Shown one piece after another: positions 27,424-37,508 of a stretch of 64,000 bases of DNA; position 1 is the first letter of the stretch; every line of letters begins with the position of its first letter. Under the pieces are notes generated by a model. The model saw nothing but the letters and a program-made list of their open reading frames with translations, searched no databases and was not told where the DNA came from. A program made the translations under genes and the position numbers. The stretch comes from a virus (taxonomy: Duplodnaviria > Caudoviricetes), in IMG/VR virus record IMGVR_UViG_3300014205_000002, positions 32,001 to 96,000 of that record; one strand, given 5' to 3'.

Positions 27424-29370
27424 TTAGCCCAGGACCTCCACGGTGGCGCGGATGCGGTTGATGGGCGTCGGGATCTCGACGTCGGTGACGAGCCGGACGG
27501 CATCAGCCTCGAACTCGTCCTCGATCAGCTCCTTGATCACGCCCGAGATGATCGGCGAGCCGATGTTCGGGTAGCGAATCTTGAGCAGGCCCGAGTGGTA
27601 CCCGTCGATGTCGTTCTTCATGTCCGTCAGCGTGGCCGCGATGCGGTTGTACGGACCGATGTACTTCCCGAGTCGGGCCTTGAGGCCGATCGAGTAGAAG
27701 TCGAGCGTGCGGGTGATCGAGAGTTCTTGGCGCTGGACCGTCGAGTTGTCGGTGGTGGTCTGGATGTACATGGCCGGCAAGGAGGTGTCGGAGTCCTGGA
27801 CCACCAAAGCCGCGCCCGAGCCCGCGATCAGGCCCATCTGATCGTCGGTCCAGTAGCGCGAGGCGTAGCGCACGCGCTCAAAGCCGATCACCGCCAGGTT
27901 CGTGAAGCCCTGGTGGGGCGGGAAGCCAGCGCACATGCCGCCGTAGGCCGCGCACAGGTAGAAGCCCGGCAGGACCACGCCCGACGTCGCGCCGACCTGG
28001 GCTTCGACCTCGTGGTTGGGGATATAGACGATGCGGCGCGAGTTGATCGAGCTCGCGAGAGCTGCGATCGCATCGGCCTGGCCGTCCTTGTCGAGCACAC
28101 GGAAGACGCGCAGATCCACAAAGTCGTCGGCGAAGTCGACGGCCACGGTGTTGACCGTATCCTCGACGTAGACGCCCTCACCGACCTCGCCCAGGTACTT
28201 CGCGCTCTGGAGTTTGAGGGTGGTCTGGTTCTTGACCTCGGTGACGCGCCAGAAGCCCGCATGCGCGGGAGTGGACGTGGGGCTCGTGCCCGTGCGCAGG
28301 ATCGCCTCGATGAAGTCGCCCACGAGCACGCTGCCTGCGAAGTCGGCTACCGGCTGGGTGATCGTGACCTCGCCGGTGACGCGCTTGATCTTCGCGAGAT
28401 CCAGCTGGGAGACGACGAGCGACTCCCGCGGATGCGGGTAGTTCACAAAACCGATGCGGAACTTGCTCTTTTCGGGGGTCGAGAGCTGCTCGACGTGGGT
28501 CTTGAGGAAGCCGTGGATCGTGGGGTTCTGCGTGAGTAGCACGATGCAGTGGACCGGCTCGTTCTGCAAGAAGTCCAGCGCGGTGAGCCAGCCGATCGGG
28601 GTGTCCTCCTCGACCGCCATCGCGAGCACGGAACTCACGGTGTTGGCCTTGGCGAAGGCGGCACCCAGGGCGAGCGGGTTGTCGGTATTGGCCGCCATCA
28701 GCTTCGCCTCGATCTCGGTGGCGAGGTTGATGTTGGTGAGGCGGTTGGCGGTCAGCTGGCGGACCGCCTTGAACGTGATCAGCACCTCGCCGCGCAAGAC
28801 GGGCAGGGTGGTGATCAGGAGGCCGTTCGAGAGGGTCACGTCGTCAGCGCCGACCGTGTATGCGGTCGAGGGCAGCGTGGTATCTGCGGCCTTGCGCTCG
28901 ACGACGAAGGTCGCGGGCGTCGCGAACGGGATGTCGCGATCGAGCGTCACGACGGAGGCGGAGTCAACGCTCGTGACTTTCGCGCGGTAGGTGACGCCGC
29001 CCGAGGTTACGACCGCCTCGTCGCCGACGGCGACAGCCTTGGTCGTGAAGTCGTTGCCGCCAGCGGGCACGATCGTCATCTTGTCGCTTGCGAAGGTGCC
29101 GGTGATGGCCCCGCCGTCGAAGATCTCCAGAAACACCGCGCGCAGGCGCACGGCGACCGTGTCGGGCTCGACGACGGCTGCGACCTCGATGCCGGGGTAG
29201 GCGACCGTGAGGTCCGAACCCTTCGCATAGTCGCCCGCCACCGCCTGGCTCACCACCTGGCGGTTGATGCCCACCACGACGGTCGGCAACTCCGGCGTGG
29301 TCAGATTGGGGTTGGCCTCAAGGAAGATCTGCTGAATCTCCACTCCGGGCCGTACGATGCGACGGATCAT
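27424..29370 (-). CDS. Contractile tail sheath protein
   Basis: N-terminal RPGVEIQQ; PPHQGFTN; QTTTD...ELSITRTLDF; C-terminal PTPINRI; GAGGAGG RBS before ATG 29370. Confidence 0.85.
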   Translation of the reverse strand: MIRRIVRPGVEIQQIFLEANPNLTTPELPTVVVGINRQVVSQAVAGDYAKGSDLTVAYPGIEVAAVVEPDTVAVRLRAVFLEIFDGGAITGTFASDKMTIVPAGGNDFTTKAVAVGDEAVVTSGGVTYRAKVTSVDSASVVTLDRDIPFATPATFVVERKAADTTLPSTAYTVGADDVTLSNGLLITTLPVLRGEVLITFKAVRQLTANRLTNINLATEIEAKLMAANTDNPLALGAAFAKANTVSSVLAMAVEEDTPIGWLTALDFLQNEPVHCIVLLTQNPTIHGFLKTHVEQLSTPEKSKFRIGFVNYPHPRESLVVSQLDLAKIKRVTGEVTITQPVADFAGSVLVGDFIEAILRTGTSPTSTPAHAGFWRVTEVKNQTTLKLQSAKYLGEVGEGVYVEDTVNTVAVDFADDFVDLRVFRVLDKDGQADAIAALASSINSRRIVYIPNHEVEAQVGATSGVVLPGFYLCAAYGGMCAGFPPHQGFTNLAVIGFERVRYASRYWTDDQMGLIAGSGAALVVQDSDTSLPAMYIQTTTDNSTVQRQELSITRTLDFYSIGLKARLGKYIGPYNRIAATLTDMKNDIDGYHSGLLKIRYPNIGSPIISGVIKELIEDEFEADAVRLVTDVEIPTPINRIRATVEVLG

Positions 29371-29482
29371 GTCATCCTCCTCAAGAAGCGAAAGCGTTCT
29401 GTTATAATGGCCTGAGCCGGTTGGCACTTTGGTCGGTCCCACATCCGGGATGGGGCCACACGAAGCCAGCGCCTTTCGAGGT

Positions 29483-29490
29483 TATTATAG
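29483..29490 (-). promoter_or_regulatory. Putative late promoter CTATAATA for the sheath-tube operon
   Basis: Shares TCCCTATAATAACCTCG with the 7562 copy. Confidence 0.7.
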
Positions 29491-29492
29491 GG

Positions 29493-29960
29493 ATGCCAGA
29501 GAACGGTTCACCGATGACGCCCGAGGAGGCCAGCGCGCACCTCACGGCCGTGCTGTGCGCGGCGCGCGAAGAGGCCCCTGCGGCCTGGCGCGACATCTGC
29601 GTCTGCTTCGAGGCGGAGTTGAACGGGCTCGCCAAGCGCAAGATCTGGCTGGGTGGGTTCGTGATCGAATTGTTCGCGGATGCCATCCGGGTGCAGGTCC
29701 TCAGCGTGCTAGGCAAGAAGCCCGAAGGCTACAACCATCGCGGTATCTGGGCGGTCCTCTACACCCTGGCGATGCCGCGCGTGCTGCCGGTCCAGGCGGA
29801 TCCGTTCCGCATTTCAAGCATCCGCATCGCCCACGGCGAGGACCCCCAAGTTTCCTACGATCGCGGCTTCAAGATAGGCCTGCCTTTGAGCCTGACCGAG
29901 GCCTACGATCCGGATGCGTTCAAGAAGCTCGTGCAGACCCCGGAAGCCAGCTCTACATGA
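29493..29960 (+). CDS. Hypothetical protein
   Basis: 155 aa; ATGA-coupled to the sigma gene; start uncertain. Confidence 0.5.
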   Translation: MPENGSPMTPEEASAHLTAVLCAAREEAPAAWRDICVCFEAELNGLAKRKIWLGGFVIELFADAIRVQVLSVLGKKPEGYNHRGIWAVLYTLAMPRVLPVQADPFRISSIRIAHGEDPQVSYDRGFKIGLPLSLTEAYDPDAFKKLVQTPEASST

Positions 29961-30919
29961 GTGAGTGGGAGGACATGGAGGAAGCCGAAGCGCTTGAGGT
30001 GATCCTCGTGCCGGCCCGCGAAGTCGTCTTCCATGAGAAGGGCCTGAGGCTCTCGGCCAGCGAGGAGCGCGAGCTAATCCGACGCGCCCAGGCCGGCGAC
30101 AAGAAGGCGATGCAGATGCTACTGGATGCACATGCGCCCTTCGTCACGATCGTGATGCGCCAGTTCACAGTACCCTCCTGGGTGCCGCAGGAAGACATCC
30201 GCCAGGAGGGCCTATACGGCCTCATGGATGGGATCAAGCGCTTCGACCTGGTCAAGCGGAAGACGCGACTGCTCTCCTATGCCGCCTGGCGCATCCACAA
30301 GGCGCTCGTGAGCTACTTCGGCGAGATGGCCTACCCGGTCAAGATGCCATTCCCCGACGTCGTAAAATTAAAGAAGGTCATGAATCGGCTTGAGATGGGG
30401 CACTCCGCCGAGCCTGAGCTGGACGAGACCTTCGTCAACCACCAGCGACACCTGAACATGCTCTCCTTGCTCGGCGGCTGCCTGCCGCTCGGCTCGGACG
30501 GCTGCGGCGAGTACGTCTTCGGCACACCCGGTGAATCCGACACCCACGCCCATCGCTCCAGCCGCGAGTTCTCGGTGCCAGACCATGCGGACGCCGTCGT
30601 CGGCACGATGGTGATGGGGGCGATCATCGACTGCCTGCGCAAGCTGCCGCTCTCCGAAGGGTTGCTGCTCGGCCAGTACTACGGCATCTACGTCGCGAGT
30701 CAGCCCGTACCGATCAAGTATATCGCCGGCGAGGCCCCCAAGGCCACGGCGGACGGACGCATCGGGGCCGGCTGGAACGGATATGGAGTCCAGATCGGGG
30801 AGTCCTATAATAGTTGCAGCAAGCTCATACGGCAGGTCGAAGCGAAGTTCCGCCTGATGCTGCTGGAACACCTGGGCCGTATCTACGCCGACTACACGGG
30901 GAGAAGCCATGACGCCTGA
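29957..30919 (+). CDS. Phage RNA polymerase sigma-70 family factor
   Basis: LSASEERELIRRAQAGD (region 1.2); EDIRQEGLYGLMDGIKRFD (2.2); SYAAWRI (2.3-2.4); diverged region 4. Confidence 0.85.
   Translation: MSEWEDMEEAEALEVILVPAREVVFHEKGLRLSASEERELIRRAQAGDKKAMQMLLDAHAPFVTIVMRQFTVPSWVPQEDIRQEGLYGLMDGIKRFDLVKRKTRLLSYAAWRIHKALVSYFGEMAYPVKMPFPDVVKLKKVMNRLEMGHSAEPELDETFVNHQRHLNMLSLLGGCLPLGSDGCGEYVFGTPGESDTHAHRSSREFSVPDHADAVVGTMVMGAIIDCLRKLPLSEGLLLGQYYGIYVASQPVPIKYIAGEAPKATADGRIGAGWNGYGVQIGESYNSCSKLIRQVEAKFRLMLLEHLGRIYADYTGRSHDA
30805..30812 (+). promoter_or_regulatory. Putative late promoter CTATAATA inside the sigma gene
   Basis: Exact motif about 95 nt upstream of 30909. Confidence 0.6.
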
Positions 30920-31562
30920 GAAGAACGACCCCTTCGCGTTCCTGGAAAAAGCACTCGCGGATGCGGCGTGCGGCGACGGCCCCCAGCTGGAGGTGCGTGT
31001 CCACGCCCCCGACCCCATTTTGCCCGCGACCCCCAATGTGGTACCGGTTCTCGCCGGGGAGTTGGTCTTCGCGGGCGACATCGACGACTACGCGATGGAC
31101 TACCCAGAGAAGGCCAAGGCCCCATGCATGGGCCGCGTCGAGATCAAGGCGATCGTCGACGACCCCGGTGCGCCCGATCACGGCCAGGTCGTCTCGCACG
31201 TCTTCTCAAACACCATCACCTTCGATGCGCGCGGCATCATGGCGCGCGCCCTCGCGGGCCTGGCCGAGGCCAAGATCACGACCGTCGGCTGGGGCTCCGA
31301 CAACACGCCGCCCGATCGCTCGAACACCCAGCTTGGCAACGAGCTGATCACCTCCGGCGTGATCGAGCCCGCATCGTTCCCGACGCCGGACTCGGTTGTA
31401 TTCTCCAGCACGCTCGCGCCCAACGTCGGCACCGGGCAGACCTACACAGAGGTCGGGCTCAAGAGCGCCGGCGGCGATCTATTCGCGCGCTTCACCTTCC
31501 CGCCACAGGAGAAGTTTCCGCGCTTGCGCCTGAGCGTCAACTGGCAGATCATCTTCATCTAA
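30909..31562 (+). CDS. Baseplate/tail-fibre attachment protein
   Basis: YTEVGLKSAGGDLFARFTFPPQEK...VNWQI resembles the phage tail-collar/fibre-base family. Confidence 0.65.
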   Translation: MTPEKNDPFAFLEKALADAACGDGPQLEVRVHAPDPILPATPNVVPVLAGELVFAGDIDDYAMDYPEKAKAPCMGRVEIKAIVDDPGAPDHGQVVSHVFSNTITFDARGIMARALAGLAEAKITTVGWGSDNTPPDRSNTQLGNELITSGVIEPASFPTPDSVVFSSTLAPNVGTGQTYTEVGLKSAGGDLFARFTFPPQEKFPRLRLSVNWQIIFI

Positions 31563-31596
31563 ACGGTCCGACCAATCTTCCAATGAGGGAACCCCC

Positions 31597-34500
31597 ATGA
31601 TCCTCGGTACCTTCGGCATTTTCAGCGGCGGCGAGCTGACCAAGAACGCGCTCTCGACCTCGATCGATATCGCGCCGACGACCCTGCGCACCGAGGACGG
31701 CCGCAACGTCGGCTTCGGCCAGGGCGGGAGGCGAATTCAGGTGCGTTTCAATCGCCCCACGTTTGAGTGGCTGTCGACGCGCCCGTCGGATCTCGATGCG
31801 CCGATCTATGCGCTGGAGCTCGACGGCCAGGCGGGCTTTGCCTACATCGCATTCGATGCCGAGAGCACCAACGACATCATCGTGATCCCAGCTCCCCAGA
31901 CGAACTATGTGGTCTTCGCCAAGGTGAGCTGGCCCGTCGACGCAGCCTCGCTTGACGATCTGACGCTGACCTACGTCGAGCGCCAGGAGAGTCGCCTGCT
32001 CACGAGCCCGAACCCGATCCAGCCGGGCGACCTCTACTACTCGGGGATGGACTTCTCCGACGTCTCGTTCAACGCGCCCCTGATGGGCTTCGGCGTGCTC
32101 GCCGAGGTCTTACAGGCCGAACTCAAGGCCCGCAGCCCCGAGGGCTTCAAGGTCGTGCTGATCACCCGCGATCACATCGAGGGGTTGGGCCAGGCGCTGA
32201 CCGTGGCCCCCTTCCGGGTCGCCCGCCGGCATGAGGTGCTAGGCCGCGACACCTTCGCGATCGTCGACACGCGCGTGGCCGCGGCCTTCACCTATGATGT
32301 CACGATCCTGGTGGGTTCGCGCATCTTCATCTGGGTCGATCCCGACACCGGTGCCGTCGGCTCCGGCACGAGCTACACCGAGAGCCTGGGGTTCATGGTG
32401 GCGTACGCCGACGTGCCCGTGGGGGCCGCCGGTCTCCAGGATCTCCGCTGGATCCTGGCCTCAGAGATCTCCCAGAGCTTCGCGCAGGCGGGCGCTGAGA
32501 TCGAGCTGTTCCGTGACGCCTTGCCCTCGGGCTTCGCGGCCCCCCTGGTCGTGACGCCCTCGGTGCTCTTGCCGAACGCACTGGATCTGCAAGACGCGAT
32601 CGCCATCATCAACGGCGTTCAGTTCAGCGCGCCAAGCCAGACGCTGACGCTGCCGGAAGCGCCGTTGCTCGGCGATCGGCTGGATCTGGTATTCCTTGAG
32701 GCCTATCGCGTGATCGAGGCGACCCCGCCTGCTGACGGCAGCTTCTTCGTGCCCCTGGCCGACGAGGGCTTTCTGACGACCAAGACCCGGCTCGTGGTAG
32801 CCGCCGGCGCGACCCGGGCGCTCTCCGACGAGGCCATGCTCGACGGCCAGGTGCAAAGCATCGGCGGCGGCGCTTACGTGCGCCATCCGCTGGGCCACTT
32901 CGTCTCGCCCTATTCCAGCTCCTACGACGGCGAAAGCTGGGCGATACCCGTTGCCTACGCCTACCGCTTCAATCGCGACCCCTGGAGCCTCGGCAACCTC
33001 ACCGGCGGCGGCCTCGGCCCATTGTCGGTGCCCAGTCGGCCGGACGCCAAACGCCATGACTTCATGCACAGCGACGAGGTCGAGGTGCTCGCACCCGTGC
33101 TCTCGCTCACGGGCCTGAACCACCAGGCGATCTTCGGCCAGACCCTCGACATGATCCTCAAGGCCGAGCACCGCAGCATGTTCGGCCAGTCGTCGCTCGT
33201 GCCCACGTACTTCTCCAAGAAGCCCGTGCAGGTCGACACCGTCGACGGAACGCCGACGCCGGGCGTGCGGACGCTGAGTGCGCCCGACCAATTCCGCCGC
33301 CAGTGGAGCGCGGCCCCAGTGCCCTACTGGGTCGGCACCGGCTTCACCCCGAACCTCGACAAGACCAACGAGCTGATCACCTACGAGGACGGCAGCCGCA
33401 CGCTCACGCTCAAGAGCCCCGACGGCGGTGCGCTCTACACCGGCATCCTTGGCACCCAGCCCGTGGCGGAGCTGGCCTGGGTCGAGACCGGCCTGCCGGT
33501 CGCCATCGCTGGCAGTTGGAACCTCGGCATCGACGCCCAGGCCGCCTCATGCGTTCTCGACGACACCGCACCCGGCTTCGATCCGCTCGGCGACATCTCG
33601 CTGAGCTTCGAGGTCGTGCAGGATTCCACCGACTACCTGACCCGGCCGGCTTCGCGCATGCTCCTGGCCTTGATCGACGGCGTGGCGATCGTCCATGCGG
33701 ACGCCACCGAAGTGCTCAGGCTTGAGACGACGCCCGGCAATCTGCTCGCGACGGTCACGGCGATCGGTGACCCCAAGAAGGCTGACGCGCTGGTGGTCGA
33801 GCTGACGCTCACCGCCGACGGCACGAACGTGCTGCTCGTGCCCGAGGTGATCGAGGGCCGCGAGGTGCTCGGCGTGATCGATGCGTCGCTCGCCCTGGGT
33901 GGCGGCCTCGCGATCAAGACCTACCGCCGCGAGGTCGTAAACCATGAACTGGAGCTCACGGCGGCGCTGGCCGCCGGCGTGCTCGTCACGATCCACGTCG
34001 CTCTGGGCGGCAAGATCCTCAACCACGCCCCCCGACGTCTGGAGATCGGCGAGATGGCTGAGAGCCGTGTCGCCGAGACTGTGATCGCGGGCGGTGAAGC
34101 GATCTACCGGTTTGCGCTTCCGAGCAACCGCGTCATGCTCGGCTGTTTCTCCTTTGTGCGGACGCCTGCGACGCCCGCCGTCCATGGCGTGTACCTGAAC
34201 AACCGGCTGTACCCCGCCGTGGTGACGGGCTTCAATCGCAACCTCGTCGAGGTCTCGCTCACGCTCGCGCAGGCGGAGTATCTGGCGCTGCCGCTCGGCG
34301 ACCAGGCGGACTGGGCCTACCATGTGGGCAGCGATACCTACCGGCTCACGCCTGGCGCGTACTCGCTCAAGCTCGGCATCCTCTGGAGTGACCCCTTGAC
34401 CGCCGTGCAGGATCTAGCGCTCGTGTACCAACATGCGGCGCTACCCTTCCTGCCGGTCTCGGGCGGCGAGGTGTTTGAGCTGCTCGCTCGTGGCCTGCTG

Positions 34501-34869
34501 CTCTCGTCCAACTCCAGCGTCGCCAACGAGCAGGCCAGCTACACCGCCCCCGTCGCAGAGAAGTTCCCGGTCGTCGCTGGCATGCGGATCGGCCCTGCGG
34601 CGGGGCCCACCACGAGCCTGCTCGACGTGCAGAACGTGCCCCAGCTGGGCCAGTGGCCGCATGACGGCATCCACTTTGAGGTCGATGGCGGCATCGAGTT
34701 CCAGGCTGGCGTCGGCACGCCGGGGGCGGGTTTCGTCACCTGGCTCGCGCTCGTGAAGGTCAATCGCCATCTGCGGCTCCTGGCTTACGTCGAAACGGGA
34801 GCGACCTTCCCTGTCGACAACGACGACAAGGCTTTCCTGAGCTACCCACTCTCCCAGTTCGTGGAGTAG
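31597..34869 (+). CDS. Large baseplate/tail structural protein
   Basis: 1090 aa; RLDLVFLEAY, AIPVAYAYRFNR and RPD motifs; late operon. Confidence 0.6.
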   Translation: MILGTFGIFSGGELTKNALSTSIDIAPTTLRTEDGRNVGFGQGGRRIQVRFNRPTFEWLSTRPSDLDAPIYALELDGQAGFAYIAFDAESTNDIIVIPAPQTNYVVFAKVSWPVDAASLDDLTLTYVERQESRLLTSPNPIQPGDLYYSGMDFSDVSFNAPLMGFGVLAEVLQAELKARSPEGFKVVLITRDHIEGLGQALTVAPFRVARRHEVLGRDTFAIVDTRVAAAFTYDVTILVGSRIFIWVDPDTGAVGSGTSYTESLGFMVAYADVPVGAAGLQDLRWILASEISQSFAQAGAEIELFRDALPSGFAAPLVVTPSVLLPNALDLQDAIAIINGVQFSAPSQTLTLPEAPLLGDRLDLVFLEAYRVIEATPPADGSFFVPLADEGFLTTKTRLVVAAGATRALSDEAMLDGQVQSIGGGAYVRHPLGHFVSPYSSSYDGESWAIPVAYAYRFNRDPWSLGNLTGGGLGPLSVPSRPDAKRHDFMHSDEVEVLAPVLSLTGLNHQAIFGQTLDMILKAEHRSMFGQSSLVPTYFSKKPVQVDTVDGTPTPGVRTLSAPDQFRRQWSAAPVPYWVGTGFTPNLDKTNELITYEDGSRTLTLKSPDGGALYTGILGTQPVAELAWVETGLPVAIAGSWNLGIDAQAASCVLDDTAPGFDPLGDISLSFEVVQDSTDYLTRPASRMLLALIDGVAIVHADATEVLRLETTPGNLLATVTAIGDPKKADALVVELTLTADGTNVLLVPEVIEGREVLGVIDASLALGGGLAIKTYRREVVNHELELTAALAAGVLVTIHVALGGKILNHAPRRLEIGEMAESRVAETVIAGGEAIYRFALPSNRVMLGCFSFVRTPATPAVHGVYLNNRLYPAVVTGFNRNLVEVSLTLAQAEYLALPLGDQADWAYHVGSDTYRLTPGAYSLKLGILWSDPLTAVQDLALVYQHAALPFLPVSGGEVFELLARGLLLSSNSSVANEQASYTAPVAEKFPVVAGMRIGPAAGPTTSLLDVQNVPQLGQWPHDGIHFEVDGGIEFQAGVGTPGAGFVTWLALVKVNRHLRLLAYVETGATFPVDNDDKAFLSYPLSQFVE

Positions 34870-34871
34870 CC

Positions 34872-36362
34872 ATGCTGGAGAGTGGGATTGGGGCCTTCAC
34901 CCAGCCGCCGGCGATCGCAGGCGAGAACGTAACCATCGCCTTCGCCACGGCGAACCTCGTCGTGACGAAGCGTAACCAGTTCCTGTTCGTGGCCCCTTTC
35001 GCACCGCCCGAGGGGGCCGTGCTGACGGCGATTGTCGATCGACTGACCTACTTTGAGCCCGACTTCCGCATCATCCGGGGCGTGTTCACCTGGCAGCGCG
35101 AGGCCTTGCCGATCGGTACGGTCATCCGGCTGGAGGCCTGGGTCGGCGGGGCCGATCACTGGCGCGCCGAGCGCGTGCTCGTCGCAAACGGCGCGAGCGC
35201 GTTCCGGCTATCGGCCCCCAGCGTCGGAAACCGCTGCACGATCTTCGTGAATGGCCGCTGCTTCACCGAGCATGAGGGTGCGTTCGAGACACGGGGCCCG
35301 CGCGTGCGCTGGCTACAGGGCCCAGGCCCCGGTCCCGCCGACAGCGTGGTCGCGCTCTACCCGCGCACGATGGAAGGGGCGATGGCGCTGCATCAGGAGG
35401 CCTTCCCGTTGCACCCGGCGCGCGGCCGCACCTTCGACCTCGCAATCGAGCCCCGGCCGGCCGGGCGCACCCGTCTGTACCACAGGGGCCTGCGCTACAT
35501 TGAGGGCGATGACTTCACGGTCTCGGGCTCCGCGGTGGCCTCGCCGCCCGGGATCGCGCTCCTGCATGGTGAGGTGCTCGCGGTGCTTGCGACCACCGGA
35601 GCGAACTACTTCGTGAAGACGGCGGAAACCCCAGAGGTGGCGCGCCAGCTGTTCGTTGAGAGCCATGTGACGGTCCAGGCGGATGGCGATGCGATCGCGT
35701 CGATGCCAGCAGCGGCCCTGGCGGCCCCAGGCAAGGCCTTGCTGAGCCTGAACGGCCTGACGTATCCCGAGCAGGCCGGCGGCTTCCTGCGCGAGGGCAG
35801 CGACGTGCTGTGGGACGATGGCGACATGACCTTGCGCGCCGGCGACGACCTGGGGCTGTGGGGCCTGCTCGGCGATCGCGCGGCCGGAGCCTGCGTAATC
35901 AAGGAGATTCCGGCCGGCGTGGGCTGGCCCATGCTCGATCTCGGCGAGCAGGCCGCAGACGTGCGCAAGACCATGCTGTTCGTGAGCAGCGGCGGCTTCG
36001 GCGGCCAGCTCTACCTCGGTCCGCGTTGGCTGACCTTCGTCGACGAGCGCACGATCCAGTGGAACGGGCCGTTTCCGCTCAAGGCCAGCGATCGGCTAGT
36101 GGCCGTCATCTGGAAGGATCCGCTGGTGGCGGCGGCCCTGCGGCTGCATACCCAGTCGATCACGCTGGCCGAGGCCGGCCTGCCCTTCGCCTACCGGCTT
36201 CCGCACCCGCCAAGCGACCCCGGCCGCGTGCTGGTCGCGCAGAACGGCCAGCGGCTCGCGCACCCAGCCGACTTCACCATGCTCGGGGGCGTGTTCAATT
36301 ACGGCCTGCCGGTGACCCGTTCGCTGCATGTGGGCGACGAGTTCGTCTTCCTGTACCGCTAG
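34872..36362 (+). CDS. Virion protein built from tandem beta modules
   Basis: 496 aa; repeated FxL...NG...DF...G...GDx(V/L)xxxY units. Confidence 0.55.
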   Translation: MLESGIGAFTQPPAIAGENVTIAFATANLVVTKRNQFLFVAPFAPPEGAVLTAIVDRLTYFEPDFRIIRGVFTWQREALPIGTVIRLEAWVGGADHWRAERVLVANGASAFRLSAPSVGNRCTIFVNGRCFTEHEGAFETRGPRVRWLQGPGPGPADSVVALYPRTMEGAMALHQEAFPLHPARGRTFDLAIEPRPAGRTRLYHRGLRYIEGDDFTVSGSAVASPPGIALLHGEVLAVLATTGANYFVKTAETPEVARQLFVESHVTVQADGDAIASMPAAALAAPGKALLSLNGLTYPEQAGGFLREGSDVLWDDGDMTLRAGDDLGLWGLLGDRAAGACVIKEIPAGVGWPMLDLGEQAADVRKTMLFVSSGGFGGQLYLGPRWLTFVDERTIQWNGPFPLKASDRLVAVIWKDPLVAAALRLHTQSITLAEAGLPFAYRLPHPPSDPGRVLVAQNGQRLAHPADFTMLGGVFNYGLPVTRSLHVGDEFVFLYR

Positions 36363-37450
36363 GTCTTCTCCAACGCGAACAGGTACTCGGTCACCACGTC
36401 GCTCTTGTAGGTGCGCGTCGCGCTGTCCTTGTCGGCGCGGAAGCGCTTGAGCGGCATCTCGAACGCCGTCACCCGCCCGTGGGCCGCGAGCGTCGCGATG
36501 ATCTGATCCTTGGTCATCAGGCCGTCGCTGGAGTACGAGAGCAGCACCCAGCGAGCGCGTGCGGCTTCGGCGACGCGCTCAAGCTCCCCCTGGACCGTGC
36601 GCCTGGAACACCACAGGCTCTTGAGATCGGCGTAGGGGCGCACGCCGGTCTTGCCGCGAGGCACCGGGCGATCCCAGCGGGCGATCGTCTCCAGGATGTG
36701 GTAGTTCGGGCAGTACTGCCGGTGGTTGTAGGGCGGATCCAGGTAGAGTACGTCGAGCTCGGGCGCGCTCGCGAGGAAGCCGTGGACGTCGAGGTTCGTA
36801 ATGGTCGCCTTCGGGCCGGTGGTGACGGTGAAGCTCTTGAGCCTGAGCGCCTTGGCCGCGGTCGCCTTGATCGCTTTGAGGTAGGCGGCGTAGACCGAGG
36901 CGGTGTTCGCGACCTTGTCGGCGGCGTGAATCAGGCTCGCGACCAGCAGTCCCTTCTCGTCGGGGGTGATCGGCATCTGGTCGATACCCTCCCTGATCGC
37001 CTGGATCGCGGTGCCGTTCGCGGTCGCGAAGTACATGCGCTCGCCGCCGACCGGGTAGCCGCCGGCCTCGCCGCGCTGGCAGTAGTCGTCGATGAACCAG
37101 CTGCCGTACAGATCGGCGCGCCAGAACGTCGTCGGCGCATCGCAGATCATATTGAGGTGGCCGACCACTGCATCCAGCCGATCCGCGTCGGGCAGCTGCT
37201 CGGGGAAGAACTGTCCGGCCACGCCCTCGAAGCGGGGGTGCTCGCTCATGAGCATCGCATGGCCGAGGCAGGCGGAGAAGGCCTGCCAGTCGTTGGCGAA
37301 GACCTCCCAGCCAAGTGCCTGGTAGTGGCGGCCCACCGCGTGGGTGCCCGCGAAGGCGTCGCCGAGCCGGCCGGGCGCGATGCCCAGCTCGGCGATCGCA
37401 CGATCGAGCAGGGGGCCGAGCAGCCGGTCTTTCGAGCCAATGAAATTCAT
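36359..37450 (-). CDS. DNA N6-adenine methyltransferase (D12/Dam-like class)
   Basis: N-terminal NFIGSK; motif I DAFAGT; motif IV YLDPPY. Confidence 0.9.
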   Translation of the reverse strand: MNFIGSKDRLLGPLLDRAIAELGIAPGRLGDAFAGTHAVGRHYQALGWEVFANDWQAFSACLGHAMLMSEHPRFEGVAGQFFPEQLPDADRLDAVVGHLNMICDAPTTFWRADLYGSWFIDDYCQRGEAGGYPVGGERMYFATANGTAIQAIREGIDQMPITPDEKGLLVASLIHAADKVANTASVYAAYLKAIKATAAKALRLKSFTVTTGPKATITNLDVHGFLASAPELDVLYLDPPYNHRQYCPNYHILETIARWDRPVPRGKTGVRPYADLKSLWCSRRTVQGELERVAEAARARWVLLSYSSDGLMTKDQIIATLAAHGRVTAFEMPLKRFRADKDSATRTYKSDVVTEYLFALEKT

Positions 37451-37508
37451 TACGCCTCCCGCATGCGGTAACTATGTAATCATAGCATGCGGAAGGTTGG
37501 TCGGACCA

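Noticed and set aside
29429-29956. N-terminal extensions in the ORF track (sigma from 29429, terL from 14982, spike from 47491, sheath from 29442)
   Set aside because: The extensions overlap other genes or promoters, and better starts (RBS or ATGA coupling) lie downstream
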